A stretch of 64,000 nt of DNA from a virus (Duplodnaviria > Caudoviricetes): IMG/VR virus record IMGVR_UViG_3300033069_001588, positions 1-64,000 of that record. One strand, given 5' to 3'. Each line of letters begins with the position of its first letter. Position 1 is the first letter of the stretch. This document shows, piece after piece, positions 47,179 to 56,700 of the stretch. Under the pieces are notes generated by a model. That model saw nothing but the letters and a program-made list of their open reading frames with translations. It searched no databases and was not told where the DNA came from. The position numbers were made by a program, and so were the translations under genes.

Positions 47179-47224
47179 TTGATACCTATCAATATTTGTT
47201 CATAAATCATAAGGAGTACAAAGT

Positions 47225-48079
47225 ATGGGGAGACCTTCCAAATTAAATATAGCACAACAAAATAGAATTATTAACCTTTATGTAAAAGATAAGTTGTCAA
47301 CAAATAAAATTTCAAAAATGTTTGGCGTAGCAACGGCAACAATAAATAATATCTTAACAAGGCATAATATACAACTTAGAAGTGGTTCAGAAACTAATAA
47401 ATTATCAACAAAATTTACATTTACCACTATGAATGAAGAAAAATCTTTTCTCCTGGGATTAATATATGGTGATGGTTCAATTAGTAAGAGAAATGATTAT
47501 ATCAATATCACATCTGGTGATTTAGATTTATTAGAGAAATCTAAACTCATTTTAGGAGATAAATTCAAAATTAGAAAAGTTGCCGATCAGAATTGTCATC
47601 GCGGCATTATCAATAGTCATAAATTATGTGAAGAATTATTTTTGCTTTTCAAATTAACAAATAACAAAAGTGATAAGCTTGCGTTTCCTAATCTAGAACC
47701 ACAACTTTATCCATCTTTCATTTCAGGATATTTAGCCACCGATGGATGCATAAATATTAACAAAAAAGACAATTTAATTGTATTATCTTTTTATTCTTGT
47801 TCTAAACAATTCTTAGAAGATTTGAATGTATTTTTGTGTGATAAAACACAACAAAAATATCGAACCATATACGAAAGAAAAACTATCAAAGGTCATTTGG
47901 GTAAAAAACCATTATACACATTAGTTTTTAATGGTGCCAAAGCAGAAAAAGCACTTGAGTATATTTTTTCAGATAAAGATAAATCGATTAGATGTGATAG
48001 AAAATACAATATATATGAAAAATTCATTCAAACAAAGATTAACAAATTAAGCACTCGGATAAATTCGGATTCGGAATAA
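47225..48079 (+). CDS. free-standing LAGLIDADG homing endonuclease with N-terminal HTH, opposite orientation to neighbours
   Basis: FLLGLIYGDG and FISGYLATDG; AAGGAG SD. Confidence 0.87.
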   Translation: MGRPSKLNIAQQNRIINLYVKDKLSTNKISKMFGVATATINNILTRHNIQLRSGSETNKLSTKFTFTTMNEEKSFLLGLIYGDGSISKRNDYINITSGDLDLLEKSKLILGDKFKIRKVADQNCHRGIINSHKLCEELFLLFKLTNNKSDKLAFPNLEPQLYPSFISGYLATDGCININKKDNLIVLSFYSCSKQFLEDLNVFLCDKTQQKYRTIYERKTIKGHLGKKPLYTLVFNGAKAEKALEYIFSDKDKSIRCDRKYNIYEKFIQTKINKLSTRINSDSE

Positions 48080-48294
48080 TTCTTACCTTCAAATAAGAAT
48101 ATGTTATCAACAACGTCGTGAATTAAAAATGGTACAGAATCAGAATTAATAGTTCTATAATAATACGTATATCTATACACCTCTTCTTTGAAAATAGGTA
48201 ATCCGAAAGCAATTTTTATGATTTTATCTATCCCTTCAATTTCTTTCATATCTAGATCAAATCTTTTATCAATAATATAAAAAATATTAGTCAT
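48028..48294 (-). CDS. small hypothetical protein, tandem paralog 3, tag variant
   Basis: Ends YSESEFIRVLNLLIFV. Confidence 0.7.
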   Translation of the reverse strand: MTNIFYIIDKRFDLDMKEIEGIDKIIKIAFGLPIFKEEVYRYTYYYRTINSDSVPFLIHDVVDNIFLFEGKNYSESEFIRVLNLLIFV

Positions 48295-48515
48295 ACAAAA
48301 ATTAATAGATCCAAAATTCTAGAAAATTCCTTTTCCGGGAATTCTTTATCAGAAAACAATACTTTTTGATTTTTCAGATCATGAATTATTGTACAATGTC
48401 TCTTATTAGAAGTAACACAATTATAATACACATATCTTTTATCCGAAGACAAAAATGTATAAATTTCTTTGCTGAATTTATTGTTTATTAACTTGTACAA
48501 AGTAAAATAGTTCAT
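48291..48515 (-). CDS. small hypothetical protein, tandem paralog 2, tag variant
   Basis: Ends FPEKEFSRILDLLIFV. Confidence 0.7.
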   Translation of the reverse strand: MNYFTLYKLINNKFSKEIYTFLSSDKRYVYYNCVTSNKRHCTIIHDLKNQKVLFSDKEFPEKEFSRILDLLIFV

Positions 48516-48531
48516 GTCGAACCCTATATCA

Positions 48532-48771
48532 TCAGGTAAAAACTAATAGATCGAGCAGCCTGCAAAACTCATCTTCAGAGTAAACTTGCTGTTCATACTC
48601 GAAAGTATTGTTTACTGTATTTTGTACGAAAAATGGTTTAGTATTCGGAGTTATTTTGTTAAAACTCTCCGTATAAACCATAATCAGCTTCTTGTCGTTT
48701 GGGTTAAAACCAAACAAAAAAAAATATGGCAATACTTTTTCCATCTTTTCTCTGACTTTTCCATAAATCAT
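48532..48771 (-). CDS. small hypothetical protein, tandem paralog 1, tag variant
   Basis: Ends YSEDEFCRLLDLLVFT; the ORF-track TTG start at 48816 is the -35 box, so a downstream ATG (48771) is preferred. Confidence 0.68.
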   Translation of the reverse strand: MIYGKVREKMEKVLPYFFLFGFNPNDKKLIMVYTESFNKITPNTKPFFVQNTVNNTFEYEQQVYSEDEFCRLLDLLVFT

Positions 48772-48779
48772 AAGTTTAC

Positions 48780-48824
48780 CCGCCCACCAAAGTAATTCTC
48801 GCAAATTACCTGTCAAGTGGGCGG
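48780..48824 (-). promoter_or_regulatory. TTGACA-N16-TACTTT promoter (48816-48789) nested in a GC-rich inverted repeat
   Basis: CCGCCCAC (48780-87)/GTGGGCGG (48817-24) plus inner GTAATT/AATTAC arms. Confidence 0.6.
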
Positions 48825-48831
48825 AATTAAA

Positions 48832-51800
48832 TTACATTGGGGTTGGAGATGGTAGATAAGGAACAAAGTTGGAACTATGAGCCAATGGAGGGGCTGCTCC
48901 AACTGGATTGTTGTAAGTCATTACCAAACGTGCCATCTTACATACCGCAATATCTGAGCCGCTAGATGGAGACAAGTTCAAATGAACTTCGTATATAAAA
49001 TTCGTTGCGCCTTCAGATAATAACGACTTAATATCATTAGATATTAATAATGTTGGTACCATAGCTGTAGTTGATAAAATAGTTCCACTGCCATTGATAT
49101 TAAGATAAGAAGCTGTTGCAATATTGAATAATTGAATTTGCGCCGTATTCAAACTGTTAGTAGTTTCCAATATTACTTCTAAATTAATACTCTGCAATCC
49201 TTCTAAAATATAAGAATCAAATCTAAATGGAAACGCCCCGATTACAATTGGGGTAGCGCTTCCATTTGAAAAGACTCCGGCAGTACCATATATGTATATT
49301 GGATTTTTATACATGAAGCTTGGATCTAATAATCCATATCCATCTGTTTTTGGAATTCTATCTGCATCTGAGGTACCATTAGAGAAAGGAATAACACCTA
49401 CCATATCAAAAATGAATTGATAACTTAAACCGCTTCCGTTACTGGTTAACACCGTTCCGAAAGTTCCCACATCATTTAATCCGGTACCGCCATGAATGAT
49501 TGGTAATACTCCTGTTACATCGTTTTGTAAATCTACCAAAGCAGATGGTCCACCATCGACGGCTCCGCTAAATACGCTGATAAGCTTCAACATATTTTGC
49601 ATCTTGCCGGAATCCACAAATAGTGTTTGATTATTAAAGCCACCTTTCTTCAAGAAAACGTTGATTTGAATCTTAGTACTTAGAGTTTGTAGAACGGCGT
49701 CTTGATACAAGTTTGTAAAGTTAAGTGTTAACAATCCAGTATTATAATCAATTGAGACGCCAATCTTACCATCTACAATAGCTCCACCATATCCATCAAC
49801 ACTTAATCCATTTGTATTTGGTGAGAAAGATTGTACTGCTACAGAGAATCTTAGTTGATCATTGGTTAAAGCATCTGACTTAACTAATGAACAATCTGCA
49901 AATCTCATGGCGGGGAAACCTAAACGAGTTCTTCCGTCTCCAGCATAATCAGCAATGAAATCATCCAAAACATTAATGGTGCGTTCGGATCCAAATAATC
50001 CATCAGGTATTTCTAGAACAATGGTTCCAACTTCAAAATCTACTTTATAGAAATTACCATCTGATCTATGTAATTCGCCACCTTTACCAATGATTAAGTT
50101 ATTTGGAATAAATACATCTACTCGACCCTGATCAAAATCTGGTTGCGACTCATATACATCAATAGTTACACCATCTACATGGCAACTATTGTTTTGGTAT
50201 CCAGACAAGCTGGTAAAAACTGTGGGGGCGGCGCGGGGTCTACTGTTAGTAACTATAAGTGATTCATCCCATGTTAATTGTTTTTGAATTGACCAGGCTA
50301 CAGAATTTAGATAGAAATCATGACCTGCAAAATATCCATCTGATAAGAAAATATCTGGGGCAGGATGGACAACTAAAGCTCTATCTATAGTAGCCGTAGA
50401 ATAGTCATCCGCCCTATCTATAAACTCTTCTAATTTGAATCTGATAACATTGAATCTAGTACCAATTTTTGTGAACGGATTGGTAGAAGGTCCAGGATAA
50501 GTACTAGTTGGAGATGAGGTTAATACGGCTCTATCTATATAGTTTTGTAGTAAATATCCATCTGTGTAAGTAACATGGAAATCACCATCAATATCTGCTC
50601 TCAACATTTGCATCAACACATCACCAGTCAAGAAAACTTTTCTGAGTGTTAAAACATCTGTCAAAGAATCTATAGAAGTGATATCAAATCCACCATAATT
50701 TTCTTGATTTGATGGTACTAGAAGAACAAGTTTGAAAGAACCTAAACCAATAATTGTGCTAAAAGAAACGCTAGCGCTGGTGAATTGTGCCAATCTATTA
50801 TCATTTGGATTGGCTACTAAAACTCCATCATTTCCGCTTGCTATTACCGCATTAGTGGCAGGATCTACCAACTGGAAGCTAATACCGAAAGCATTACTAA
50901 ACGGAGCAGTGTAAGTATTGTAACTATTAGTAAAAGTAGTAGTAATACCATCAGTGTTTACTATTGTATTGACTGGTAAACCAGTATTCAAATCATAATT
51001 TAGATATGTATTTAATAGATTCAAATCATTGACATCAATAATGCCATTACCATCAACATCTCCTAAAATACATGACGCTAACTTAGCTGAAGCAATTCTA
51101 AAATAATTTCCAGTATTACTTGTGTGTGGGAAGATTTGAGCGCCGACAAAATCTCCATTTAGTAAATTGGTAATCAATCCGCTAACTGATGAATCAAACC
51201 TAACTACATCTGTTGAGTCATCTACGATTTTGATAATTAATTCATCATGTACCATAGTGGCAGAGTACAAATTAGAATTAACAATAGATGAAATAGAATT
51301 GAAAAATTTAATATTCTTGTCTGCAATTGCACCAACAATCAATGGCTCAGAAGCCTTTTCTAGATTGGTAATATCAATTGTATTTAGCAATTTGACATTT
51401 GGTACAAATTGTTGTCTGGATAAAATTGGATTACCTGTACGTTGATCTGGTACAGGAATGGTTTCCTCAGTAGAAGCCGCAACTACAGCTCTAAATACAC
51501 CATTACCTGTGAATTGCAAATCTTCTAAAGAGTAATCCACAGTTGCCGAAGTATTTGGATCTTGAGCGGTTTTTGGAAGAACAACGCCATGACCATTCTC
51601 GTAGATTTGTCCGTCTGATACTTTTGCAGCATCAGTCCAAACCCTGAACCACAAATCTTGGTCTGGAATATCTGCCCACAAAGTACCAGTAAAAGTCGTA
51701 ATTCTGGAATCTGGAACTCTATCAGATCCAACGGCTATTAGAATGTCGCATTTATTTGCAGAACCAGATCTCTTAATGGTTACAGCATAATAGTGTCCGA

Positions 51801-52833
51801 CAGTTAATACATTTCCAGAAGCAACCAAAGTATTGCTAAATACAAAATCAACAGGTTGTGGCACAGGGCTTAAGATTATGCCAGAAGACTGCAATGTATT
51901 ATAGTTGACACTCAATTGTGCTACTGGAATATTGGATGGTGAGAAATCTATTGGTAGACTTGGTGCGATATCAGAAGCGCATTCAATAGTGGATTGTAGT
52001 GGGTAAATGCTTATTACTAAATCACCATTCCAAACCAAATCATTTTCGTCTCCTACATCTGTATTTCTAACAGAAAGTAGTAGGCTAACCTTTTGAATAT
52101 TATTGGTGGAGGCAACAAACTTTTGTCCAATTTGAGTAGTCACATCTCCATTCAACAAAACCTGATTATCCAAAGGGGCGGTAAAAATCCCCAAAGTATC
52201 TATGTTGTAAAATGGAAGAGCGGCACTTAGTAATGCCTGTAAAGAAAGATATCCTTCCAAAAAGAAATCTCTGAAAAATAGATTTGGCTCAACATCTTGA
52301 GCAATCATCAAAGGACTTCTAGATAATGAAAATGGATTAGCTTCACGAATAACAATTCTGCCACCCAAATTCAATGACAAGGTTGGATCGCCCACGAAAT
52401 CATTGAAAAGAATAAGCAAAATGTTAGTGAAGTGTTTGTGACTAACTTGTATTTCATTGGTTCTAAAATAGAAAGTTTCATATTGTAGATTGCTTTCAAA
52501 ATCCAAACCAATAATGCAAACTTTGATAGCCTTTTTGCCTGCAACTTGAGAGCCTGTTAACTCAATCTCAAGTTGATTTCCCAAATTATTATCGGCAGGC
52601 TGATGTTGTGCTTGAACGATTGTACCATCTAAAAAGCCCGTAGATAGCGCAGAATCAAAAATAACATTCTGTTCTAATACCTCTGGTAATACACCGGAAC
52701 CAACATGGTTACCGATTATACCAGAAGTTATAGTATTGTTGTAGTCTTGCTCCAAAGTTAAATCAGTATCGTCAACCTGTTGAGCATCGAACCAGATATT
52801 TTGTGGAGCAGAAATTGGGCTTCTTTTTGTCAT
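48832..52833 (-). CDS. large virion structural protein with split dockerin/EF-hand-like loops
   Basis: 1333 aa, beta-rich; GDVDGNGIIDVND and ADIDGDFHVTYTD; GVLPIIHGGTG fibre-type motif. Confidence 0.72.
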   Translation of the reverse strand: MTKRSPISAPQNIWFDAQQVDDTDLTLEQDYNNTITSGIIGNHVGSGVLPEVLEQNVIFDSALSTGFLDGTIVQAQHQPADNNLGNQLEIELTGSQVAGKKAIKVCIIGLDFESNLQYETFYFRTNEIQVSHKHFTNILLILFNDFVGDPTLSLNLGGRIVIREANPFSLSRSPLMIAQDVEPNLFFRDFFLEGYLSLQALLSAALPFYNIDTLGIFTAPLDNQVLLNGDVTTQIGQKFVASTNNIQKVSLLLSVRNTDVGDENDLVWNGDLVISIYPLQSTIECASDIAPSLPIDFSPSNIPVAQLSVNYNTLQSSGIILSPVPQPVDFVFSNTLVASGNVLTVGHYYAVTIKRSGSANKCDILIAVGSDRVPDSRITTFTGTLWADIPDQDLWFRVWTDAAKVSDGQIYENGHGVVLPKTAQDPNTSATVDYSLEDLQFTGNGVFRAVVAASTEETIPVPDQRTGNPILSRQQFVPNVKLLNTIDITNLEKASEPLIVGAIADKNIKFFNSISSIVNSNLYSATMVHDELIIKIVDDSTDVVRFDSSVSGLITNLLNGDFVGAQIFPHTSNTGNYFRIASAKLASCILGDVDGNGIIDVNDLNLLNTYLNYDLNTGLPVNTIVNTDGITTTFTNSYNTYTAPFSNAFGISFQLVDPATNAVIASGNDGVLVANPNDNRLAQFTSASVSFSTIIGLGSFKLVLLVPSNQENYGGFDITSIDSLTDVLTLRKVFLTGDVLMQMLRADIDGDFHVTYTDGYLLQNYIDRAVLTSSPTSTYPGPSTNPFTKIGTRFNVIRFKLEEFIDRADDYSTATIDRALVVHPAPDIFLSDGYFAGHDFYLNSVAWSIQKQLTWDESLIVTNSRPRAAPTVFTSLSGYQNNSCHVDGVTIDVYESQPDFDQGRVDVFIPNNLIIGKGGELHRSDGNFYKVDFEVGTIVLEIPDGLFGSERTINVLDDFIADYAGDGRTRLGFPAMRFADCSLVKSDALTNDQLRFSVAVQSFSPNTNGLSVDGYGGAIVDGKIGVSIDYNTGLLTLNFTNLYQDAVLQTLSTKIQINVFLKKGGFNNQTLFVDSGKMQNMLKLISVFSGAVDGGPSALVDLQNDVTGVLPIIHGGTGLNDVGTFGTVLTSNGSGLSYQFIFDMVGVIPFSNGTSDADRIPKTDGYGLLDPSFMYKNPIYIYGTAGVFSNGSATPIVIGAFPFRFDSYILEGLQSINLEVILETTNSLNTAQIQLFNIATASYLNINGSGTILSTTAMVPTLLISNDIKSLLSEGATNFIYEVHLNLSPSSGSDIAVCKMARLVMTYNNPVGAAPPLAHSSNFVPYLPSPTPM

Positions 52834-52840
52834 CGTTTTC

Positions 52841-53755
52841 TCATTTCAAATTATATTGTTTACAATACTTTCTAACAGTAATTCTAGAAACATTATATTT
52901 TTTAGCAATTTCAGTTAGATTTAATTTGTCTAATTCCACCGCTAATAATTCTTTGGTTAAAATATTATTTTTTGAAATTTTATTATTCAAATGACATTTT
53001 AAACACCATGAATTATATTTCATAATAGAAGTTGGCGAAGTTTCCCATATATGATTATTTCTGCACTTAAATTTCATTTTATAAGGATTATATTCATTTG
53101 ACAAGCAAAAACCATTTTTGCTTGTAGCTACCGATATAATATCATTGAATGTATATTTTGTTTTTATATGATTTGTTTTATATATTTCATTAATATCTAT
53201 ATTAATTAGATCAAAATTATTTGGTATATCAATTTTAAGTTTCTTACATTCTTCTTTTATTACTTCTTTTAATCTATTTATTTTAGTCTTTTTGAATAAT
53301 TCAGGAATAATAATTAATTTTACATCATTATTTTTACACATATCTTTTTTCAAAGAATCATTTTTTAGTAATTGGTTAAATGACTCTTTTGATTGATTAA
53401 ATTTTCTATAATAATGTTGAGATCCATTATGTTCAAATGCTATTCCTAATTTTTTACTATAGCCATCTAATTCAAGTGGATAATGTTTATACCCAATTAA
53501 CCAATTTGGTTTAACGGTTGGAAACTCTGTTTGAAAAATTTTTTCAAAAAATAATCTACATATTCTTTCACTAATTGATTTTGAACATAATGGACACCAC
53601 TGCCCTTGTTGTATTTTATTCCAACACATATAAAAATCATGATTATTATGACATTTAAGATGTAATTTTGCTCTACTATTCTCATATGTAGATATCAGGT
53701 GTCCGCCTCTATTTTTTATTTCATTTAATACATATTTGAAAAATTCATTTCTCAT
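52841..53755 (-). CDS. zinc-ribbon PD-(D/E)xK endonuclease (homing endonuclease-like)
   Basis: C.NNH....WCP.C repeated, SERICR, LELDGY, AFEHNG.QHY. Confidence 0.78.
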   Translation of the reverse strand: MRNEFFKYVLNEIKNRGGHLISTYENSRAKLHLKCHNNHDFYMCWNKIQQGQWCPLCSKSISERICRLFFEKIFQTEFPTVKPNWLIGYKHYPLELDGYSKKLGIAFEHNGSQHYYRKFNQSKESFNQLLKNDSLKKDMCKNNDVKLIIIPELFKKTKINRLKEVIKEECKKLKIDIPNNFDLINIDINEIYKTNHIKTKYTFNDIISVATSKNGFCLSNEYNPYKMKFKCRNNHIWETSPTSIMKYNSWCLKCHLNNKISKNNILTKELLAVELDKLNLTEIAKKYNVSRITVRKYCKQYNLK

Positions 53756-56700
53756 AATGAATAAATACTCTACTATTGGCAGGTTTCAGTATTTTTATCA
53801 ATTTCTCTAGAGCTTCTTTAGACTTTATACTACTATTAACTATACCTAAAGAATCTATTATATTTACTGAAAAATCAAACAAACCAGTTTCTCTGTTCTT
53901 TAATATAGCGAAATCAGTATTGATTGAAGATACTATATCAGAATTTAATAAATACGTTGTAAATAAGTCTGCTGTTACAGGGAACACTACATCCAAATTG
54001 GAGGAGTAATTGACATCTATTGCCTCACCATACGGAGCATAGATAGGTCTAGACATATTGCTTATTCTCAAGTTATCCAACAAAGTGAATGTTGGGAACT
54101 GCTCATCAAATTGGGTTCCGATAAACAATTGATTAATGGAGTCTTTGAATTTGATATTTCCCAGAGTGGCATAACCATCTCCTACTATAACAGATCCCAT
54201 GATAGCTGGTGAAGTACCACAGATTAAATCAGTTCCAAATAGGACATTGTTATATTGGTAACCATCCAAGAACAATCTCATTTCATCAGTAGTTGGTCCG
54301 CTGTTTACGCGGTAACTAGCCTTTACTCTATGCCAAGTATTTCTAGACCAATACGTTGGTGCTCTTAATACATAGTCCTTGCCCGAAGCAGTAATAGCGA
54401 AGTTCATGTATCCCACTTCATCTTTGAAGATGGCTATGCGATCGCCTTGCAATCCCTTTGGCACATAGTTTACAGTCACATGTGACTTATGATAGGGCAG
54501 TTTTCTATTAAGTCTTACAACTTGTGTATTGATGTTTTGATTATTATTCTCTGTAGATTGATAAGTTACAACAACTGGTACATTGTTTGCTGGCAACAAC
54601 CTTCCTAAATAGATAGTCTTCATATCTGTACCAATAGCGCCATCAACAAAATAATCCGTATTGGTTGGATCGTTGGCTATTTTAACAGTAATTACTTGTA
54701 GAATTGGATGAGAGACAACAACTGAGTTATTACCAACACTAGTGCTAGTTTCTTGTGTAGCATTTTGTGTATCAATTTCTATCTTTCCTCCGGCAAAATA
54801 ATCTATACGGGGGTCTCCGCTCTTCAAATGAACGCTTAAAATTTGGTTAGCTGGCGCAGATAGCTTTAATGAAACACTGTTTGTACTTATTACATCTTCT
54901 GTTACGGCTCCGAAAGCATCAAAATAAAATCTCTTATGAGGATCATTGGATGTATCAAACAATGGGCTCATCCAGAACTCTATGGTGCCTTCTTTTCTGG
55001 TATTCAAAATACCGTCATTGGACAAGATAATAGGCTCATCCAACAAAACCAAACTATTTCCAAAATTCTCATTTACTACCAAAGAAGAATAGAAATGATT
55101 TTTGGTTGGAGTCGGGGAAACATAAAAGTCTGCTTGATTGCTGAATGGGAAGCTATCAAAACTAATCAACATCAAAGTATTAGAATCCTTAGTCAATGCT
55201 TTCAAGGAGTTAAAATCTTTGGTAATGGAGCGCTGATTAGTTGGAATGCTCTCTCCGATTCTAGTATCAGTTAGCATGACTGAGTATATTTTAACTTGAT
55301 CCATCAATCCATGTAATTGTAGTTGACCATTAAAATCACTACCTACAAATACCTTGGCGTTTATTGGATCCAAACTCATTCTCGTATAAGTGAAGTATTC
55401 AAACTCATAGAATCCCTTATTCAAGTAGTATGGTACTCCTGGCATATCTTTAATTTCGAAAGTAAAGAATCCATTTTGCAAACCGCTTCTATAAGCATTG
55501 ACGTTGAGAATTTGATATGTTCCATTGCTAAAAACTGGAACGTCGCCACCTAATGTTGGCTCTACAAATAAAGTCTTTCTATCTGAAGAAATACCAGTAA
55601 TCAAATAGAAGCCCGCAGCATTTGATGGAGACGAAATGACTAAGTAGTTATTTATGTCTAATGCGCTGAATAACTTATTATCATCTGTGACAGAATTAAT
55701 GTCACTTTGATGCAAAGTATAACCATATCCAATTGGATAACTGAATCTAACAACTGGTGCATAACCATCATTATTTTCTGCGTGAATAATAGAGTATTTT
55801 TCTTTCACTGTAACGGTACATGCTGCCCTGTTAAGCATCAATGGCTGAACAACTACATTGACGAAATTAACAGAAAGATATTGATTTACAGAATCTAGTG
55901 TGCCATAATCATTGAAAGTAATTATTTCATTGGCTGGTCCACCAAGTGTAGTTCCATCAATAGTAACGTGAACGGCGGTTGAGAAATCTACATTGGTTCC
56001 AGCAATAGTGGCGCTTAATGTTCTGCCAGTTAAAGAAAGAGAAGGTTGATCGACTACCAAATCAAAAGAAGTAAGTATGCCGCCTGATTCTGTTGAATTA
56101 GAAGTGCTGATAGAAGTATTTTGCAATATTACTTTTGTAATATCTACTTCATCCAATGAAATTGGTGCCGGCAATCTGGTCATCAAAATATTTTCAACGT
56201 CACTACTCCATACATAATAATTTCTCTTCACTCTTCTGTGATTTATTCCAAGTGTTCTTATAAGAATCAAATCATAAATAGTTACTTTATCAGAGATGGT
56301 TAGTATGTTATTGAAATTGACATCTTTAGATATGCTATAAGCCGGACTCAAAGCACGAACGCCTGGTATTTCCTGTTCTGTATCCACATTGTAGATAATG
56401 TATGGTGTATTGGTGATATTAACTGGCAATTCACCATTGATTATCAAGGCATTTCCAGATACTTGTAGAATAGTGTATACGTCAGTAACTGAGATGTCTT
56501 CTATCTTTAATAAATAACCTACTTGTACTTCTGCTGCTCCAAAATCTAATGATGAAGAGGTGACAATATTAGAGCCAATGAAACCATTGATATCTGAACC
56601 AACTATAAATGAATGTATAGTTGACACCGCGATATTCGGAGATACATCAATATCAGAAACAACGGTAAATTGAGTTCTGTTAATAGAGAATCTACCATTG

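Noticed and set aside
3865-48771. LKAFW tail as a DNA-level repeat (attC-like site, DGR target or recombination site)
   Set aside because: Nucleotide sequences differ at synonymous positions and in stop codon; no conserved flanking DNA or palindrome; no integrase or reverse transcriptase in the window
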